Source: Octopus vulgaris (lineage: Eukaryota). Taken from it: a stretch of 64,000 bases of DNA. Under the pieces are notes generated by a model that did no database searches, was not told the DNA's origin, and saw only the letters and a list, made by a program, of their open reading frames with translations. Each line of letters begins with the position of its first letter. Positions within the stretch are counted from its first letter, which is position 1. A program made the position numbers and the translations under genes. This document shows positions 15,122 to 28,974 of this stretch, one piece after another. Where the stretch lies: assembly GCA_951406725.2 (NCBI GenBank), contig OX597839.1, positions 18,228,001-18,292,000 of the forward strand, in the 5' to 3' direction.

Positions 15122-15641
15122 TTGGGGAAATCCGTCAAAATGTAAATAATGTAAACAATGTACATAATTCCTCATCTCTTAAATATAGAACTGTACATCA
15201 ACATGGGTTTGATAGATCTGTAATAAAGAGTTAGATCTTCTCTAATAATCATTCTTTTCAGTCCACTCAGTTAGCAAAAAAAAAACAAATGAGTAATCCT
15301 GCAAAGGGCTGGCTTCCCATCCAGATGGTGAGTACATATTCGCCATGGAAACCAGAAAACTGGCCCTTATGAGTTGGTATGGCCTGAGGAGGAAAATTTT
15401 ACTTGTTTTACATTGTTTCTCACATCTATCATAAATTGTCATTCTAAAAATATACAATGAGATACGATTAATTCAAAACACTGTGAATAAATAAACATAC
15501 TTAACAGAATAATCTGAAAGCTGAAGGTTTCAGGGGTCGTGAACACACTGATTGTTAAATAGGGCTGGGGGTAAACTCAATGAGAATTGTATATGTGTGT
15601 GTGTGAGTGTATGTATGTGTATATATATATATATGTATATA

Positions 15642-15978
15642 TCGCATGGCTCAGTGGTTAGAGCGTCGAGCTTACGATCGTGAGGTTGTGAGCTCGAATC
15701 CCGGACCGGGCTGCGTGTTGTGTTCTTGAGCAAAGCACTTTATTTCACGTTGCTCCAGTTCACTCAGCTGTAGAAATGAGTTGCGACGTCACTGGTGCCA
15801 AGCTGTATCGACCTTTGTCTTTCCCTTGGATAACACTGGTGGCGTGGAGAGGGGAGGCCGGTATGCATGGGCGACTGCTGGTCTTCCATAAACAACCTTG
15901 CCCGGACTTGTGTCTAGCAGAGTAACTTTCTAGGTGCAATCCCATGGTCATTCATGACCGAAGGGGGTCTTTACCCTT
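15642..15978 (+). mobile_element. tRNA-derived SINE family C, well-preserved copy
   Basis: A-box tggctcagtggttagagc and B-box-like gctcgaatcc. Other copies at ~4783-5120(+), 8565-8882(-), 30470-30745(-), 40360-40640(-). Confidence 0.85.
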
Positions 15979-16209
15979 TATATCATCATCATTTAACATT
16001 TGTTTTCCATGGTGGCTGGCATGGGTTACACGATTTGACAGGAGCTGGGAAGCCAGAGAGCTGCACTAGGCCCCAATCAACTGTTTTGGCTCAGTTTAAG
16101 ATGCCCTTCGTAATGCCAGCCACTCTACAGAGTGTACTGGGTGTCTTTTACCTGTCACTTGCACAGGTGCCCCTTATGTGTCACCCGTGTCACCCACTTG
16201 CTTGTTGGA

Positions 16210-16431
16210 CCAAACTTCTGAGTTCTATTACAGGGTTTAGTAAAACTGAAGGACTGTTGCGATAAGTGTGTGAATGTGAGAAGGGAATATGTTCAATAGA
16301 ATCATAATTAACAGATCCTCCTGTATTTTCTTTTACCCAAAGCTAGGAACTTTTCAGCAACCCTCCCCATATGTATGTATGTGTATGTATACACGAGGGG
16401 ATGCTGAAAAGTTCCTGGTTTTATATATAAG

Positions 16432-16488
<57 letters not shown>

Positions 16489-16625
16489 GAGGGGATGCTG
16501 AAAAGTTATAGAGAAAGGCCTGGTTGGAGGCCCAACCTTCTGAGATCTTTTTACTGGGCTTACAAAAACTGAAGGACCACTGCAATAAGTGAGTGAATCT
16601 GAGAGGAGAATGTTTTCAGCATCCC

Positions 16626-16632
<7 letters not shown>
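16210..16632 (+). mobile_element. Non-autonomous mariner-derived fragments (2-3 partial copies)
   Basis: Termini gagggg(g)atgctgaaaagtt / ttttcagcatcccctc; internal gaaggac..tgcaataagtgtgtgaat..gaata resembles a mariner C-terminus. Confidence 0.65.
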
Positions 16633-16664
<32 letters not shown>

Positions 16665-17115
16665 CCAGCTTCTGCCAGTTTCCATCTACCAAATCCATTC
16701 ACACGGCTTTGGTCTGTTTGAGGCTATAGCAGAAATGCCACACAATGGGATTGAACCCGGAACCATGTGGTTAGGAAGCAAACTCCTTACCACACGGCCA
16801 CACCTGCACCTGTTAGCTTTTTATTTATTTATCTACTACATTTTACTTTCTCTTTTTATTTTCAGTTTTCCTCTCTTTTCTTTCAGTTCCTGCCTTAACG
16901 CCCCTACCCCCCACAAAACAGCACCACCTTACAACCATTAACCCCGCCCCCGGCACACACACACACACACACACACACAGCCATCTCCCTCATCGCCACC
17001 ACCTTTTCCCCATTCTGGTTTGTACTGTAATATTTCTATTAACATCATGATGGAAATATAATCGCCATAATTAGAACAAATTTGGTTAGGATTATAGGTT
17101 GTTGGTGGGTAATAC

Positions 17116-17152
<37 letters not shown>

Positions 17153-17390
17153 TGTTTATGTATTTGTGTGCGCATCTCATTTCTATGTACATATGTCTAT
17201 ATCTCTGTGTGTTCATGTATTGGTGTGTACACCTGGTTTTTGTGTGAGTGCATGTGTATGTGTTTATATTTTGGTGTGTGTAGCTCATTTCTGTGTGCAT
17301 GCGTGTGTACTGGTATGTGCATCTTATTTCTGTTTATGTGTATATGTGTGTGTGTGTTAATGTATGTGTTTATATACACAAACACACATA

Positions 17391-17424
<34 letters not shown>

Positions 17425-18061
17425 GGCATATGTTAATACATGTGTTTGGGAATTTTCTTGTGCATGTATCCGATATTGGTGTTCATGCATTTGTAGATAT
17501 TCAAGTTGGCCTCTGTTAACATGTGTTTATGCATTTGATTGGACATGTGTCGGAGGTGATAGCGATGGTGGTGGTGGTGGTGGTGGTGGTGGTGGTGTTG
17601 ATGTTGATGGAGGATATGCTAATGCATAAGGTTTGTGAGTGTTGTGTATCTTGTATATGTATATGTGGTTAGAGTGTGTGAATGCAAATAGATATACATA
17701 TATATCTATCTGTGAAAGCGCATGGCTTAGTGGTCAGGGGCATTCGGCTCATAAGGGCTGGCCTTGTCACACTCTGTGTCACGCTGAATCTCCTTGAGAA
17801 CTATGTTAGGGGTACACGTGTCTGTAGATTGCTCAGTAACTTGCACGTTAATTTCACGAGCTGGCTGTTCCGTTGATCATATCAGCTGGGACCCTTGTTG
17901 TCATAACTGACGGAGTGCTCCTACTCCAATATATATATATACTCCTGCACCTTTTATTTATATGTTTTTATTTAATTGATTTATTATATGTTAATTATAA
18001 TTTGGAAGATTACTAATTTGATTTCCCAATTAAATGTCATTTTTTTCCTGTCATGTTGCAG

Positions 18062-18174
18062 CAACTGCCCCAGTGGTCTGACTTCATATATTGCACGTTG
18101 CGCCTGTGATGAGATGCTAAAGAAAGACCTTAGTCATTTGTATAGGATCCCCACAGAAAATAACAAACCTCAGG
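18062..18174 (+). CDS. PPM1E/F: PPM1E/PPM1F-like PP2C phosphatase, first visible coding exon (probably exon 2)
   Basis: Acceptor tgttgcag| and donor G|gtaagt; encodes NCPSGLTSYIARCACDEMLKKDLSHLYRIPTENNKPQ, resembling the PPM1E/F pre-catalytic segment (PxxLAAALA..A..E.L..DLS). Starts in phase 2 and ends in phase 1, matching the next exon. Confidence 0.8.
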
Positions 18175-18512
18175 GTAAGTCCTCTTCTTCCTCATATCTA
18201 CTCTCCCTCTTCTTAACAATAATCTTATTACTGTTTTATTAATATAAAGGCACATAGCTTGGTGGTTAGGGTGTGCACTCGTGATTGCAAGATTCATCAT
18301 CATCATCATTTAACGTCCATTGTCCATGCTTGCATGGGTTCGATGGTTTGACCAGAGCTGACAAGCTGGGGAGCTGCACCAGGCTCCAGTCTGATTTAGC
18401 ATGGTTTCTACAGCTGGATGCCCTTCTTAACACCAACACTTTACAGAGTGTGCTTGCTGGTTGCACTTTAATTTCTGACTTGTATGGAGGTCTCTTGCAT
18501 GTTTCCAACATT

Positions 18513-18732
18513 ACAAGGGGATGCTGGAAAGTTCCTGGCTTTAAGGGTCTAGCGAAAGGTATGGTTGGAGGTCCAACCCTCCAAGTTCTTTTACAGGGCT
18601 GCGAAAAACTGATTGGACTGCTGCAATAAGTGTGTGAATCTGGGAAGGGAATATGTTGAATAAAATCATAATTAACTGATCCTCCTGTATTTTCTTTTAC
18701 CCAAAGCAAGAAACTTTTCAACACCCCCTCAT
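18513..18732 (+). mobile_element. Mariner-derived MITE, same family as 16210-16632
   Basis: acaaggggatgctggaaagttcctggcttt ... aaagcaagaaacttttcaacaccccctcat inverted ends. Confidence 0.7.
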
Positions 18733-19089
18733 TTAAGAGAGAGGCACTTGTTCTTTGTGAGACATTGCTGGTGAGCTAAACAAGAGCTGGCAAGTGATGT
18801 TCTGGTATAGATGCCAAAGCATGGCCATATTCAAGCTAGTCATCCAAACATAGATATAGATCAACTCAAGAGAGTCACTGGATACCTCTCTGAAGAATTT
18901 CCTCAACTAATGCAAGACCAAGATGTGTGACTTGTGGATTGAAAATGTCTGAGCAAGCTCAACCAGATGACGATGACATCCTTTTAGCATTTAAATGGCA
19001 TATAAAATCTTTGCTTTTATATTGTTACAATTTTGTCATTATATACTTTCAATACTATTTTTAATACTATTGAACACTCTCTCTCTCTT

Positions 19090-19303
19090 TACTCTTTTAC
19101 TCTTTTACTTGTTTCAGTCATTTGACTGCAGCCATGCTGGAGCACCGCCTTTAATCGAGCAACTCGACCCCGGCACTTATTCTTTTGTAAGCCCAGTACT
19201 TATTCTATCGGTCTCTTTTGCTGAACCGCTAAGTAACGGGGACATAAACACACCAGCATCAGTTGTCAAGCAATGCTAGGGGGGAAAAAACACAGACACA
19301 CAA

Positions 19304-19375
<72 letters not shown>

Positions 19376-19538
19376 GACGGGCTTCTTTCAGTTTCCGTCT
19401 ACCAAATCCACTCATAAGGCTTTGGTCGGCCCGAGGCTATAGTAGAAGACACTTGCCGAAAGTGCCACGCAGTGGGACTGAACCCGGAACCATGTGGTTG
19501 GTAAACAAGCTACTTACCACACAGCCACTCCTGCGCCT
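19090..19538 (-). mobile_element. SINE family B (most abundant), representative copy
   Basis: Head ggcgcaggagtggctgtgtggtaag...ggttcagtccc, CORE-like accttgggcaagt in sister copies, internal (TA)n/(TG)n and tail gactgaaacaagtaaaagag. Further copies at ~5157-5590(+), 11878-12281(-), 22855-23212(+), 27829-28135(+), 30995-31403(-), 38068-38810(-), 43460-44180(-), 46350-46748(+), 51318-51708(+), 52065-52430(+), 58600-58962(-), 63620-64000(+). Confidence 0.9.
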
Positions 19539-20119
19539 AAATTTTTTGTGAATATTTTCTGATACATGTTGTTATTATTATTTGTTTTCCAATGTTAGAA
19601 TTCAAAGTAAATAAATCTATAAAGCATTTTTGATAGAAAATGTCGAAAACTCCCTGTGTTTTAAATATTTTAAAGAAAATGCTATCAAAATAAAGGGTAC
19701 AGACATTGTCCTAAAAATGGCAATTCACTGTAAATGTAGCTGTAGTCAAAATTTGTGGTGTGGGGCTCAGAAACACAATATGTTGACCCCTAACATTTAA
19801 ACGTAAACCAATATGTGCTTGATAAATACTGATCGACACACATTTGCATTACCCCCTTTATCCTCTACTCCCATTCACCAATCCTCTTGTCCTTGTTTCT
19901 TCCTCCATCGCCTCTATTCGCATCTACCTTGGCCTTGCCTCCTCATCCCAGTTACTTTTATCCTTCCTCTGCACATGACTCAGTCATTTCATCCCATTTC
20001 TCTTAACATCCACTCTTAGTTCTATTTACTATCATCCTCTGCAACAGTTTCTCTTTGTTATTCTCATACCTGTTAAGTCATATAAAGCTAGTATTTGGAA
20101 CAAGATTTTTATATAAATG

Positions 20120-20492
20120 GATGGAAGCACTCCGTCGGTTACGACGACGAGGGTTCCGGTTGATCCAATCAACGGAACAGCCTGCTCGTGAAATTAACGT
20201 GTAAGTGGCTGAGCACTCCACAGACACGTGTACCCTTAACACAGTTCTCGGGGATATTCAGCGTGACAAGGCCGGCCCTTTGAAATACAGGTACAACAGA
20301 AACAGGAAGTAAGAGTGAGAGAAAGTTGTGGTGAAAGAGTACAGCAGGGATCACCACCATCCCTGCCGGAGCCTCGTGGAGCTTTAGGTGTTTTCACTCA
20401 ATAAACACTCACAACACCCGATCTGAGAATCAAAACCGCGATCCTACGACCGCGAGTCCGCTGCCCTAACCACTGGGCCATTGCGCCTCCAC
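20120..20492 (-). mobile_element. tRNA-derived SINE family E
   Basis: Reverse-complement head ggaggcgcaatggcccagtggttagggcagcggactcgcggtcgtaggatcgcggt; second copy at ~39520-39817(-). Confidence 0.8.
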
Positions 20493-20602
20493 TTTTATAT
20501 AAATCAAACTACTATGATTGGAATTTTTAATTTATATATACATGGAAACATAGTTGTGGCGATGATGATGGTGGAGAGAGAAGCATTGTATAATGTGACC
20601 TA

Positions 20603-20830
20603 GGGCGGCGAGCTGGCAGAAATGTTAGCATGCCGGGCGAAATGCGTAGCCGTATTTCGTCTGGCATTACGTTCTGAGTTCAAATTCCGCCGAGGTCGAC
20701 TTTACCTTTCATCCTTTCGGGGTCGATTAAATAAGTACCAGTCAATCACTGGGGTCGATATAATCTACTTAATCCTCTTGTCTGTCCTTGTTTGTCCCCT
20801 CTGTGTTTAGCCCCCTGTGGGCAATAAAGA
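20603..20830 (+). mobile_element. SINE family A, representative copy
   Basis: ggcggcgagctggcagaa.gttagc...ttctgagttcaaattccgccgaggtcgacttt.cctttcatcctttcggggtcgat. Also at ~1110-1260(+), 2780-3275(-), 9610-9780(+), 35350-35565(-), 50209-50645(+). Confidence 0.85.
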
Positions 20831-21069
20831 AATGTTTTTGTGCATTCAGAAACCTTGCCATTATGGGCATTCCTTGATATAAAAAAAAAAAGCAAAAAAG
20901 AAACAATGAAGAGATGGGTGGTCAAGATACCCTGTTATAAGCCTACTGCAGCTTTATCTAAAAGTATCTGCCTAATAATAGTAAAGTGTTAACATACCTT
21001 GATATTGAGAACCCTTCTCAAAAGGTGTGCACAGATATATAGGCAGAATAGTTAGTAGAGGTTCGTTTT

Positions 21070-21332
21070 CCATGGGTCTGCAAATGAGATTTGAGCCCAG
21101 CAAAAGAAAGGCATGGTCTGTCACAAACAGCATGCACAAAAAGGTCGTTGTGATTCACTTTCTTGATCGTAACATTCTTCCTTCGCTATTTCTTGAGTTT
21201 TCCATGCGTTATCCTGGCCCCTTCAAATACTTTCACTACACTCCACACTTTTGTTCGCCATCCAGCTCAATCTGAAGCAAGGGTTTCTATGTCCTCTGGA
21301 TCCGTTCCAAGTGACTTCATGGTAGTCCTTAT
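21070..21332 (-). mobile_element. RTE-like LINE 3' fragment (pseudogenised)
   Basis: Minus-strand translation KTTMKSLGTDPEDIETLASD*AGWRTKV...FEGARI...CDRPCLSFAGLKSHLQTH, with W-R and degenerate C-terminal zinc-finger-like motifs seen at RTE-type ORF ends. Confidence 0.7.
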
Positions 21333-21368
<36 letters not shown>

Positions 21369-22772
21369 ATCCTCATCATCGTTTAATGTCCGTTCTCCAT
21401 GCTAGCATGGGTTGGACGGTTCGACCGGGGATCTGGGAAGCCAGAAGGCTGCAACAGGCTCCAGTCTGATCTGGCAGTGTTTCTACAGCTGGATGCCCTT
21501 CCTAACGCCAACCACTCCGTGAGTGTAGTGGGTGCTTTTTACGTGCCACTGGCACAGGTTCCAGGTGAGGCTAGCAACGGCCACGATCAGATTGGTGCTT
21601 TTTACGTGCCACTGGCACGGAAGCCAGTCAAAGCGGTGCTGGCATCGGCCACGTTCGGATGGTGCTTTTTACGTGCCACCGGCACTAATTTTTGTTTACC
21701 AACTCCACTCAGAACGCTTTGGTCAGCCCAAGGCTATAGCAGGAGACACTTGCCGAAGGTGCCATACAGTGGGAGTGAACCCCAGAACCACATGGTTGGT
21801 AAGCAAACTTCTTTCCACACAGCCTGTGCCAATATAAGCTGGTGTTTGAAACAAAAATAAACATGAATTTTTAATACAAATTTCTATCACAGAGCCAAGG
21901 GCAGTTTTAGGCAGAATGGTATCTAAGAGGGTTAAGATTACACTGGAGCTGAAGGACAAAGGAAATTGTCTAAAACTACTCTCCAGAGTTCAATCAACCA
22001 ATTTATCAATGAAAATAATAAATGCATTAATGTCGTACAAAAAAAAAAAAGATCAATTCCATTAACTAAACATACCCTTTCCCTCCCACTGCAGAGCGTG
22101 GTCTTGCTTGTGCTTGACTCAAAAGAAATAAGTAGTTCTGTCTGTATGCTTTTAGATGTTAATGTGTTTGAAGTTGTTGATACATGCTTTGTAGTGGTGT
22201 ATTGAATTGCATGTATGTTGAGTGGCAAGGTAGGTAGGTAGGTAGGTAGGTTGGTAGAATTTTTGAATAGCTGTTGGTACCTGCAATTGATCCTGTATAA
22301 TGAATGGTCTGTCAGCTGCAGACTGGCTAAGCAAATTAGTCAGACTGCTGACGAACATGGAAAGGCACCATTAATGAGGAACATAGGCATGTTTCACTTC
22401 ATATAGAGTATTATATTTGCAGTATTCATATGCACATACATACTCTATCACACACACGTATAAGCACGTGGACTCATGTTATCTTTATCGTCTTGTACAC
22501 GTGTAACTCTGTGAATATAAATGTACAAACAGTTGTATTTGTGTGTGTGCTACATAAATATATATATATAAAAAAAAAATTATATATATATTGTATATTA
22601 TATCAATTATATTTATATTATTTGTTATTTATCTATTGGTTTATGTCTATCAGTGTTTGAGTTGCCTAATAGTGGTTTTATCTTTAATTCATATTTTATA
22701 TATTTATACTGTGAAATTTGATTTAATAATAAATCTAATTTTTCCCTGTAAATTTGGAGCCATACTCCCTAA

Positions 22773-22856
<84 letters not shown>

Positions 22857-24214
22857 AGTGGCTGTGTGATAAGTAGCTTGCTTACCAACCACATGGTTCT
22901 GGGTTCAGCCCCACTGCGTGGCACCTTGGGTAAGTGTCTTCTACTATAGCATCGGGCCGACCAAAGCCTTGTGAGTGGATTTGGTAGATGGAAACTGAAA
23001 GAAGCCCGTCGTATATATGTATGTGTTTGTGGGTCTGTGTTTGTCTCCCCATCATCACTTGACAACCAATGTTGGTGTGTTTGCGTCCCCATAACTTAGC
23101 AGTTCAGCTAAAAGTACTAGGCTTACAAAGAATAAGTCGTGGGGTTGATTTATTCAACTAAAGGTGGTGCTCCAGCATGGCTGCAGTCAAATGACTGAAA
23201 CAAATAAAAGAATATATATATAGTGAAGGCTTGTGGGCATGGCTGTTGGTACTCATGATTGCTAGATCATGCATTCAATTCTCAGATTGGGCAACATGTT
23301 CTGTTCTTGAGCAAATCACTTCATTTCACATTGCTCCAGTAACCCCTTTCAATCAGGTGGGGGTGGAAGAGAAATGTTGGCCTGTTCGCCTAGCCAGTGT
23401 CATGGTCTCATTTGAAAGATAAAACAATGCAAAGTGCATTGTGACCAGCAGTGTGTAACAATATCTGATAGTCTGGTCAGTCGTGTGATCACGTATATTC
23501 TTGCATTCTTTAAATGTTTCAGTCATTTGATTGCAGCCATGCTGAAGCACCACCTTAAAGGGTTTTAGTTGAAGAAATCAACCCTGGGACTTATTTTTTG
23601 TAAGCCTAGTACTTATTCGATTACTGTCATTTGTCAAACGGCCAAGGTATGGGGGACATAAACACACCAGCATAAGTTGTCAAAGACACACACACATGAA
23701 TATATATAATCTATATATATATATCATCATTTAGCGTCCGTTTTCCATGCTAGCATGGGTTGGACGGTTCAACTGGGGTCTGGGGAGCCCGAAGGCTGCA
23801 CCAGGCCAGTCAGATCTGGCAGTGTTTCTACAGCTGGATGCCCTTCCTAACGCCAACCACTCCGAGAGTGTAGTGGGTGATTTTATGTGCCACCGACACA
23901 GGTGCCAGACGAGGCTGGCGAACGGCCACGCTCGGATGGTGTTTTTATGTGCCACCGACACAGGTGCCAGACGAGGCTGGCAGACGGCCACGCTCGGATG
24001 GTGTTTTTATGTGCCACCGACACAGGTGCCAGATGAGGCTGGCGGACGGCCACGATCGGATGGTGTTTGTTACGTCCCCAAAGCACGGAGGCCAGTCTAT
24101 GCGGTACTGGCTACGGCCACGTTCGGATGATTTTCTTGTGTGCCACCGGCACTGGTACCACAAAGATACAAATTCCATTGATGTTCATCTATTTTGATTT
24201 GTTTTGATTTGATT

Positions 24215-24264
<50 letters not shown>

Positions 24265-24645
24265 AGAGAGAGAGAGAGAGGGAGAAACAGACAGACCAAT
24301 AGATTGATAGGTAGGTACGTAGGTAGGTAGGTAGATAGATAGATAGATATGCATGCACGCATATAGTACCACGCTATGAAATGATGAGAAATTGCCTGAT
24401 CAACACCAACATTTTATCTACCCTACCACGTGCAGTATCCAATGTAAACTGATGTCGCTGAATATATATAATATATATGTATTATATATATATATATAAT
24501 ATACACACATACATGTGTATATTAACACAATATGTGCATCAAAGCATAGCAATGCAAGTTTATAATTTATAAAATTTTAATTTACACACAGACATTCTTG
24601 TCTCAGTGTTTTACTTGATAAATTCTTTCTTATTTTTCAAAATAG

Positions 24646-24691
<46 letters not shown>

Positions 24692-25087
24692 CATGTGTAG
24701 TTTAATGTTTATCAATCTACCCAATTTGTTATGCCAAGTTGATCTTCAATACATCAATCAAGACCATCCGGCTTCAAAAGATGTTTCATCTTTCTACTGT
24801 GACAGCCAACCTATTGCCGTTCCTGATACGCACACATGCACACACACACACACGCATGCAAGCACGCGTACTCTGACATTGGACTCTGCTCTCTGACTGA
24901 GCCAAGTTCAGCAAGCACTGAATTTCACCAATTATTCAAGACATTGCTTTGGCTGCCGTTGCTGCTGATGCTGCTGCAGCGAAGTACACCAACATCAGCA
25001 GCAGCAGTCGTTCTACTACCACACATTGATTGCCAAGTGCTGTCTTGCTATGTTAATAAACTAACAATATTCTAATATTCCAATATC

Positions 25088-25124
<37 letters not shown>

Positions 25125-25453
25125 CTCTGCTGACTTTGATGACAAGAACTCTTGTCTTATATGTTTGCTGCCATATTTTCCCTTGCTTACTCTTCCCCGC
25201 CCACCCACCTTTCTCTCTCTCTCTCTCTTTCTCTCTCTCCTTCTCTCTCACACACATTCATCCACTCTGTCTCACACATTTTTTTTCAATATGCAAAATG
25301 TAAACATCTATGTTTATGTAAATACATGCATGCATATGCACATTACACATGCAAATATCCATATATGTATATGTGCATACATGTATGTATGGGTTTGGTG
25401 ATGCAAACAGGAAAAATAGAACTCAAAACATGTGTAAATACATACATACATAC

Positions 25454-25505
<52 letters not shown>

Positions 25506-25596
25506 ATATATATACTTTTTATTAAAATTTGCTAAGTGCTAATGCACGAAACTCTTGTCCCTTGGGTCACTCTGTTGCTTCTGCTAAATATTAACA

Positions 25597-25665
<69 letters not shown>

Positions 25666-25826
25666 CATACATACATACATACATACACATACATATAATG
25701 CAAGTATGTGTGTGTGTATATCTATCTATTTATATACATATATATACGCACACTTATGTATGTGTATAAGTATCTATAAATATATAAATGTATAAATATA
25801 TATATATGTATAAGTATCTATAAGTG

Positions 25827-25865
<39 letters not shown>

Positions 25866-26259
25866 TATGTATACACGTGTGTGTGTATACACATGCAAAC
25901 ACACCATAAGCTAATGTAGGAAACAAATATCTCCTACACACACACACACACACACACAAACGTGTATACACAGACGCACTAAAGTGCCCTTGTGCATTTG
26001 TTATACATGCATAACTTTTTGTTGTTTCTCTTATCCATCCATTCACCCACCCCAACACTTGGTGAGTTCGACTTTACCTTTCATCTATGTAGGGGTCGAT
26101 ATAATAAGTACCAATAAAATACAAAGAGGGGTGGCGGTGGTGGTGGTTGTGGCATAAGTGCAGCAGCTGTGAGAATTGTGTTGGGTATTACCCTTCTCCC
26201 ATAAAAAAAATATTGGTTTTGTGCCGCCTTCATCAAAAACCTTTGTTGTTGTTGCTGGT

Positions 26260-27190
26260 AATGATGATGATGGTGGTGGCAGTGAAAATGATGGTGATAA
26301 TGATGTAGTTTTGGTAGTAGTGTTGGTGGTGTGGTGCTTTCGGTGGTGGCGACGGTGGTCTTGGTAGTTGCATTATTTATGTTGGTGGTGGCAGTAGCAG
26401 TGCTGGTGGTTGTTGAGGTAGTTGCGGTGTGTGTGTGTGTGTGGTGGTGGTGGTGGTGGAGGTGGTGGCGGCGGCGGTAGAGGTGGTGGAAGTAGCGGTG
26501 GAGGTAGTTGCTGTGTTTATATTGGTAGTGGTGGTGGTGGTAGAAGTGGTAGCAGTGCTGGTGGTAGTGTTGGTGGTGATGGTTGTTTTGGTACTTGCGG
26601 TGTGTGTGGTGGTAGTGGTGGTGGCAGCGGCAACAGCAGTGGTGGTAGTTGCGGTGTTTATATTGGTAGTGGTGGCGGTGGCAGCAGTGCTGGTGGTAGT
26701 GTTGGTGGTGATGGTTCTTTTGGTAGTTGCAGTGTGTGTGGTGGTGGTGTGGTGCTTTCGGAGGTGGCGACGGTGGTCTTGGTAGTTGCATTATTTATGT
26801 TGGTGGTGGCAGTAGCAGTGCTGGTGGTAGTGTTGGTGGTGGTGGTGGTGGTGGTTGTTGAGGTAGTTGCAGTGTGTGTGTGGTGGTGGTGGTGGAGGTG
26901 GTGGCGGCGGCGGTAGTGGTGGTGGCAGTGGTACGGTGGTGATGCTCTTGGTCGGTTGTGGTCTATGCATGTTGGTAATGCTGCTGTTACTGTTGATAAT
27001 GGTGATGGTGGTGGTGGTGGTGGTGGTCATGTTGGAAGTGCTGCTGCAGATGATGATTGCTGTCGTTGTTGCTGGTGATGGTGGTGGTTTTGGTGGTGAT
27101 TTTGGTAGCTTCCTGCTAGTAGTGATGGTGGTGGTAGTGACAGTAACGGCAGCAGTGATGATGCTACTTATATTGTTTTTAGAGGAAGAG

Positions 27191-27240
<50 letters not shown>

Positions 27241-27265
27241 GGAGGAGGAGGAGGAGGAAGAGGAG
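26260..27265. repeat. (GGT)n/(GTA)n-rich low-complexity block with internal duplications, ending in (GAG)n
   Basis: gtggtgctttcgg.ggtggcgacggtggtcttggtagttgcattatttatg duplicated at ~26330 and ~26750; (gaggag/gaagag)n at 27182-27265. Confidence 0.9.
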
Positions 27266-28943
27266 GTGTGGCTATAACAGTTAAACAACAGATCAAATAA
27301 TTCATATTTTTGTTATTTGATCTTCCCCTTTGTCTAAAATTCCACTGGGAGAGATTCATTGGGGTTCACTTTTGCCTATGGCCCCTCTAATAGTGCAGGA
27401 CTCAATAAATTGATGCTGGTTGTTATTATTGTTGTTTAACCCCAGGCTAGTTTCAATCAAACAAACCCATAATGACCTTTATCTCTTGCTCCGCCTGTCC
27501 CCCTTTTTTTACTTTATTGAGCTATATATCTTTTAGCATTTAGTTTTTGTTTCAATCATTGTGTTTAGCCCATGCTGGAGCACAGCCTAGAAGGGTTTTA
27601 GTTAAACAAATCACCCCTTGTACTTAGGTTGCTTTTTTTGTTTCTTTTCTTAATCTGGTACATACTCTGATGATCTCTCTTGCCAAACAGCTAAGTTATG
27701 GGGATGTAAACAAACCAACACCAGTTGATACACAGTGGCAGAGTGTGGTTGACAAACAGAGATACAAAGATAGACATATGTGTGTGTATGTTTATATATA
27801 TATATATAGGCGCTGGAGTGGCTGTGTGGTAAGTAGCTTGTTTACCAACCACATGGTTCTGGGTTCAGTCCCACTGCGTGGCATCTTGGGCAAGTGTCTT
27901 CTACTACAGCTTCAGTCTGACCAAAGCCTTGCGAGTGGATTTGGTGGATGGAAACTGAAACTTGACAACCGATGCTGGTGTGTTTACATCCCTATAACTT
28001 AGCAGTTCAGCAAAAGAGATCAATAGAATAAGTACTAGGCTTACAAAGAATAAGTTCTGGGGTCAGTTTGCTTGACTAAAGGTGGTGCTCCAGCATGGTC
28101 GCAGTCAAATGACTAAAACAAACAGAAATGAAAGAATATATATGTATGTATATGTACACACACACACACACACAGTGGGATTCCACACAGTTTCTGTCTA
28201 CCAAATGCACTTTTTAAATCTTTGGTCAGTCTGGAGCTAGAGTGAAAATATACAAAAACAAACAACCTTTCCTGAGATGTCGTGCAGTGGGACAGAACCT
28301 GAAACTATGTGGTTGGGAAGCAAACGCTTTTTACACCTGTACATGTGCATGTGTGTGTGTGTGTATGGAGCCATGGGGTCTTTGCATAGGTACCATCTGA
28401 TCAGCTGTGACATTTTTTTTTGTTTTTGTTTTTTCATGTCCCACAAAAGGCAATATTTTTCAAGCTGTTTCCACGTGTAAAGAAAGACTAAAGAAATAAA
28501 ATATCACATTTGAAAAACGATTGAGGGTTGGTGGCAGGAGTCGAATGCATCCAACTAGAGAATGCCACTGCCTCAGTAAGTCTCTTACCATCCATGCCAG
28601 CATAGAAAGAGTGAGCATAAAAACATGACAATGATGGATGGTGATGATGATGAAGACGATGATGGCGACAATGTTAGTATCAGTAGTAGTGATGGCGGCA
28701 GCAGTAGCTGTAGAAGCAGCAGCAGCAGCCGTTCAAGAATTTGGACCTGGAGATCTCCGTTTCCAGCAACTTCGAGGGCCACCTCCCAGTGGTGTCAGGT
28801 GTCAACGAAGAGCCCTCAACTACAAGACAACGAAAATATTTTTTTCCCAAGGTCTGGGGTCTCCCGCCCCTAAGCCCTAGACCATCACCTAATCACCCTT
28901 ACCCGCCTTGTTGCTTAACAACAACAACAGCCGCAGCAGCAGC

Positions 28944-28974
<31 letters not shown>

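Noticed and set aside
15642-15720. tRNA-like sequence (also ~20420-20492 and ~39745-39817)
   Set aside because: These are SINE heads with A/B boxes that continue into a multi-copy body and lack a proper acceptor stem.
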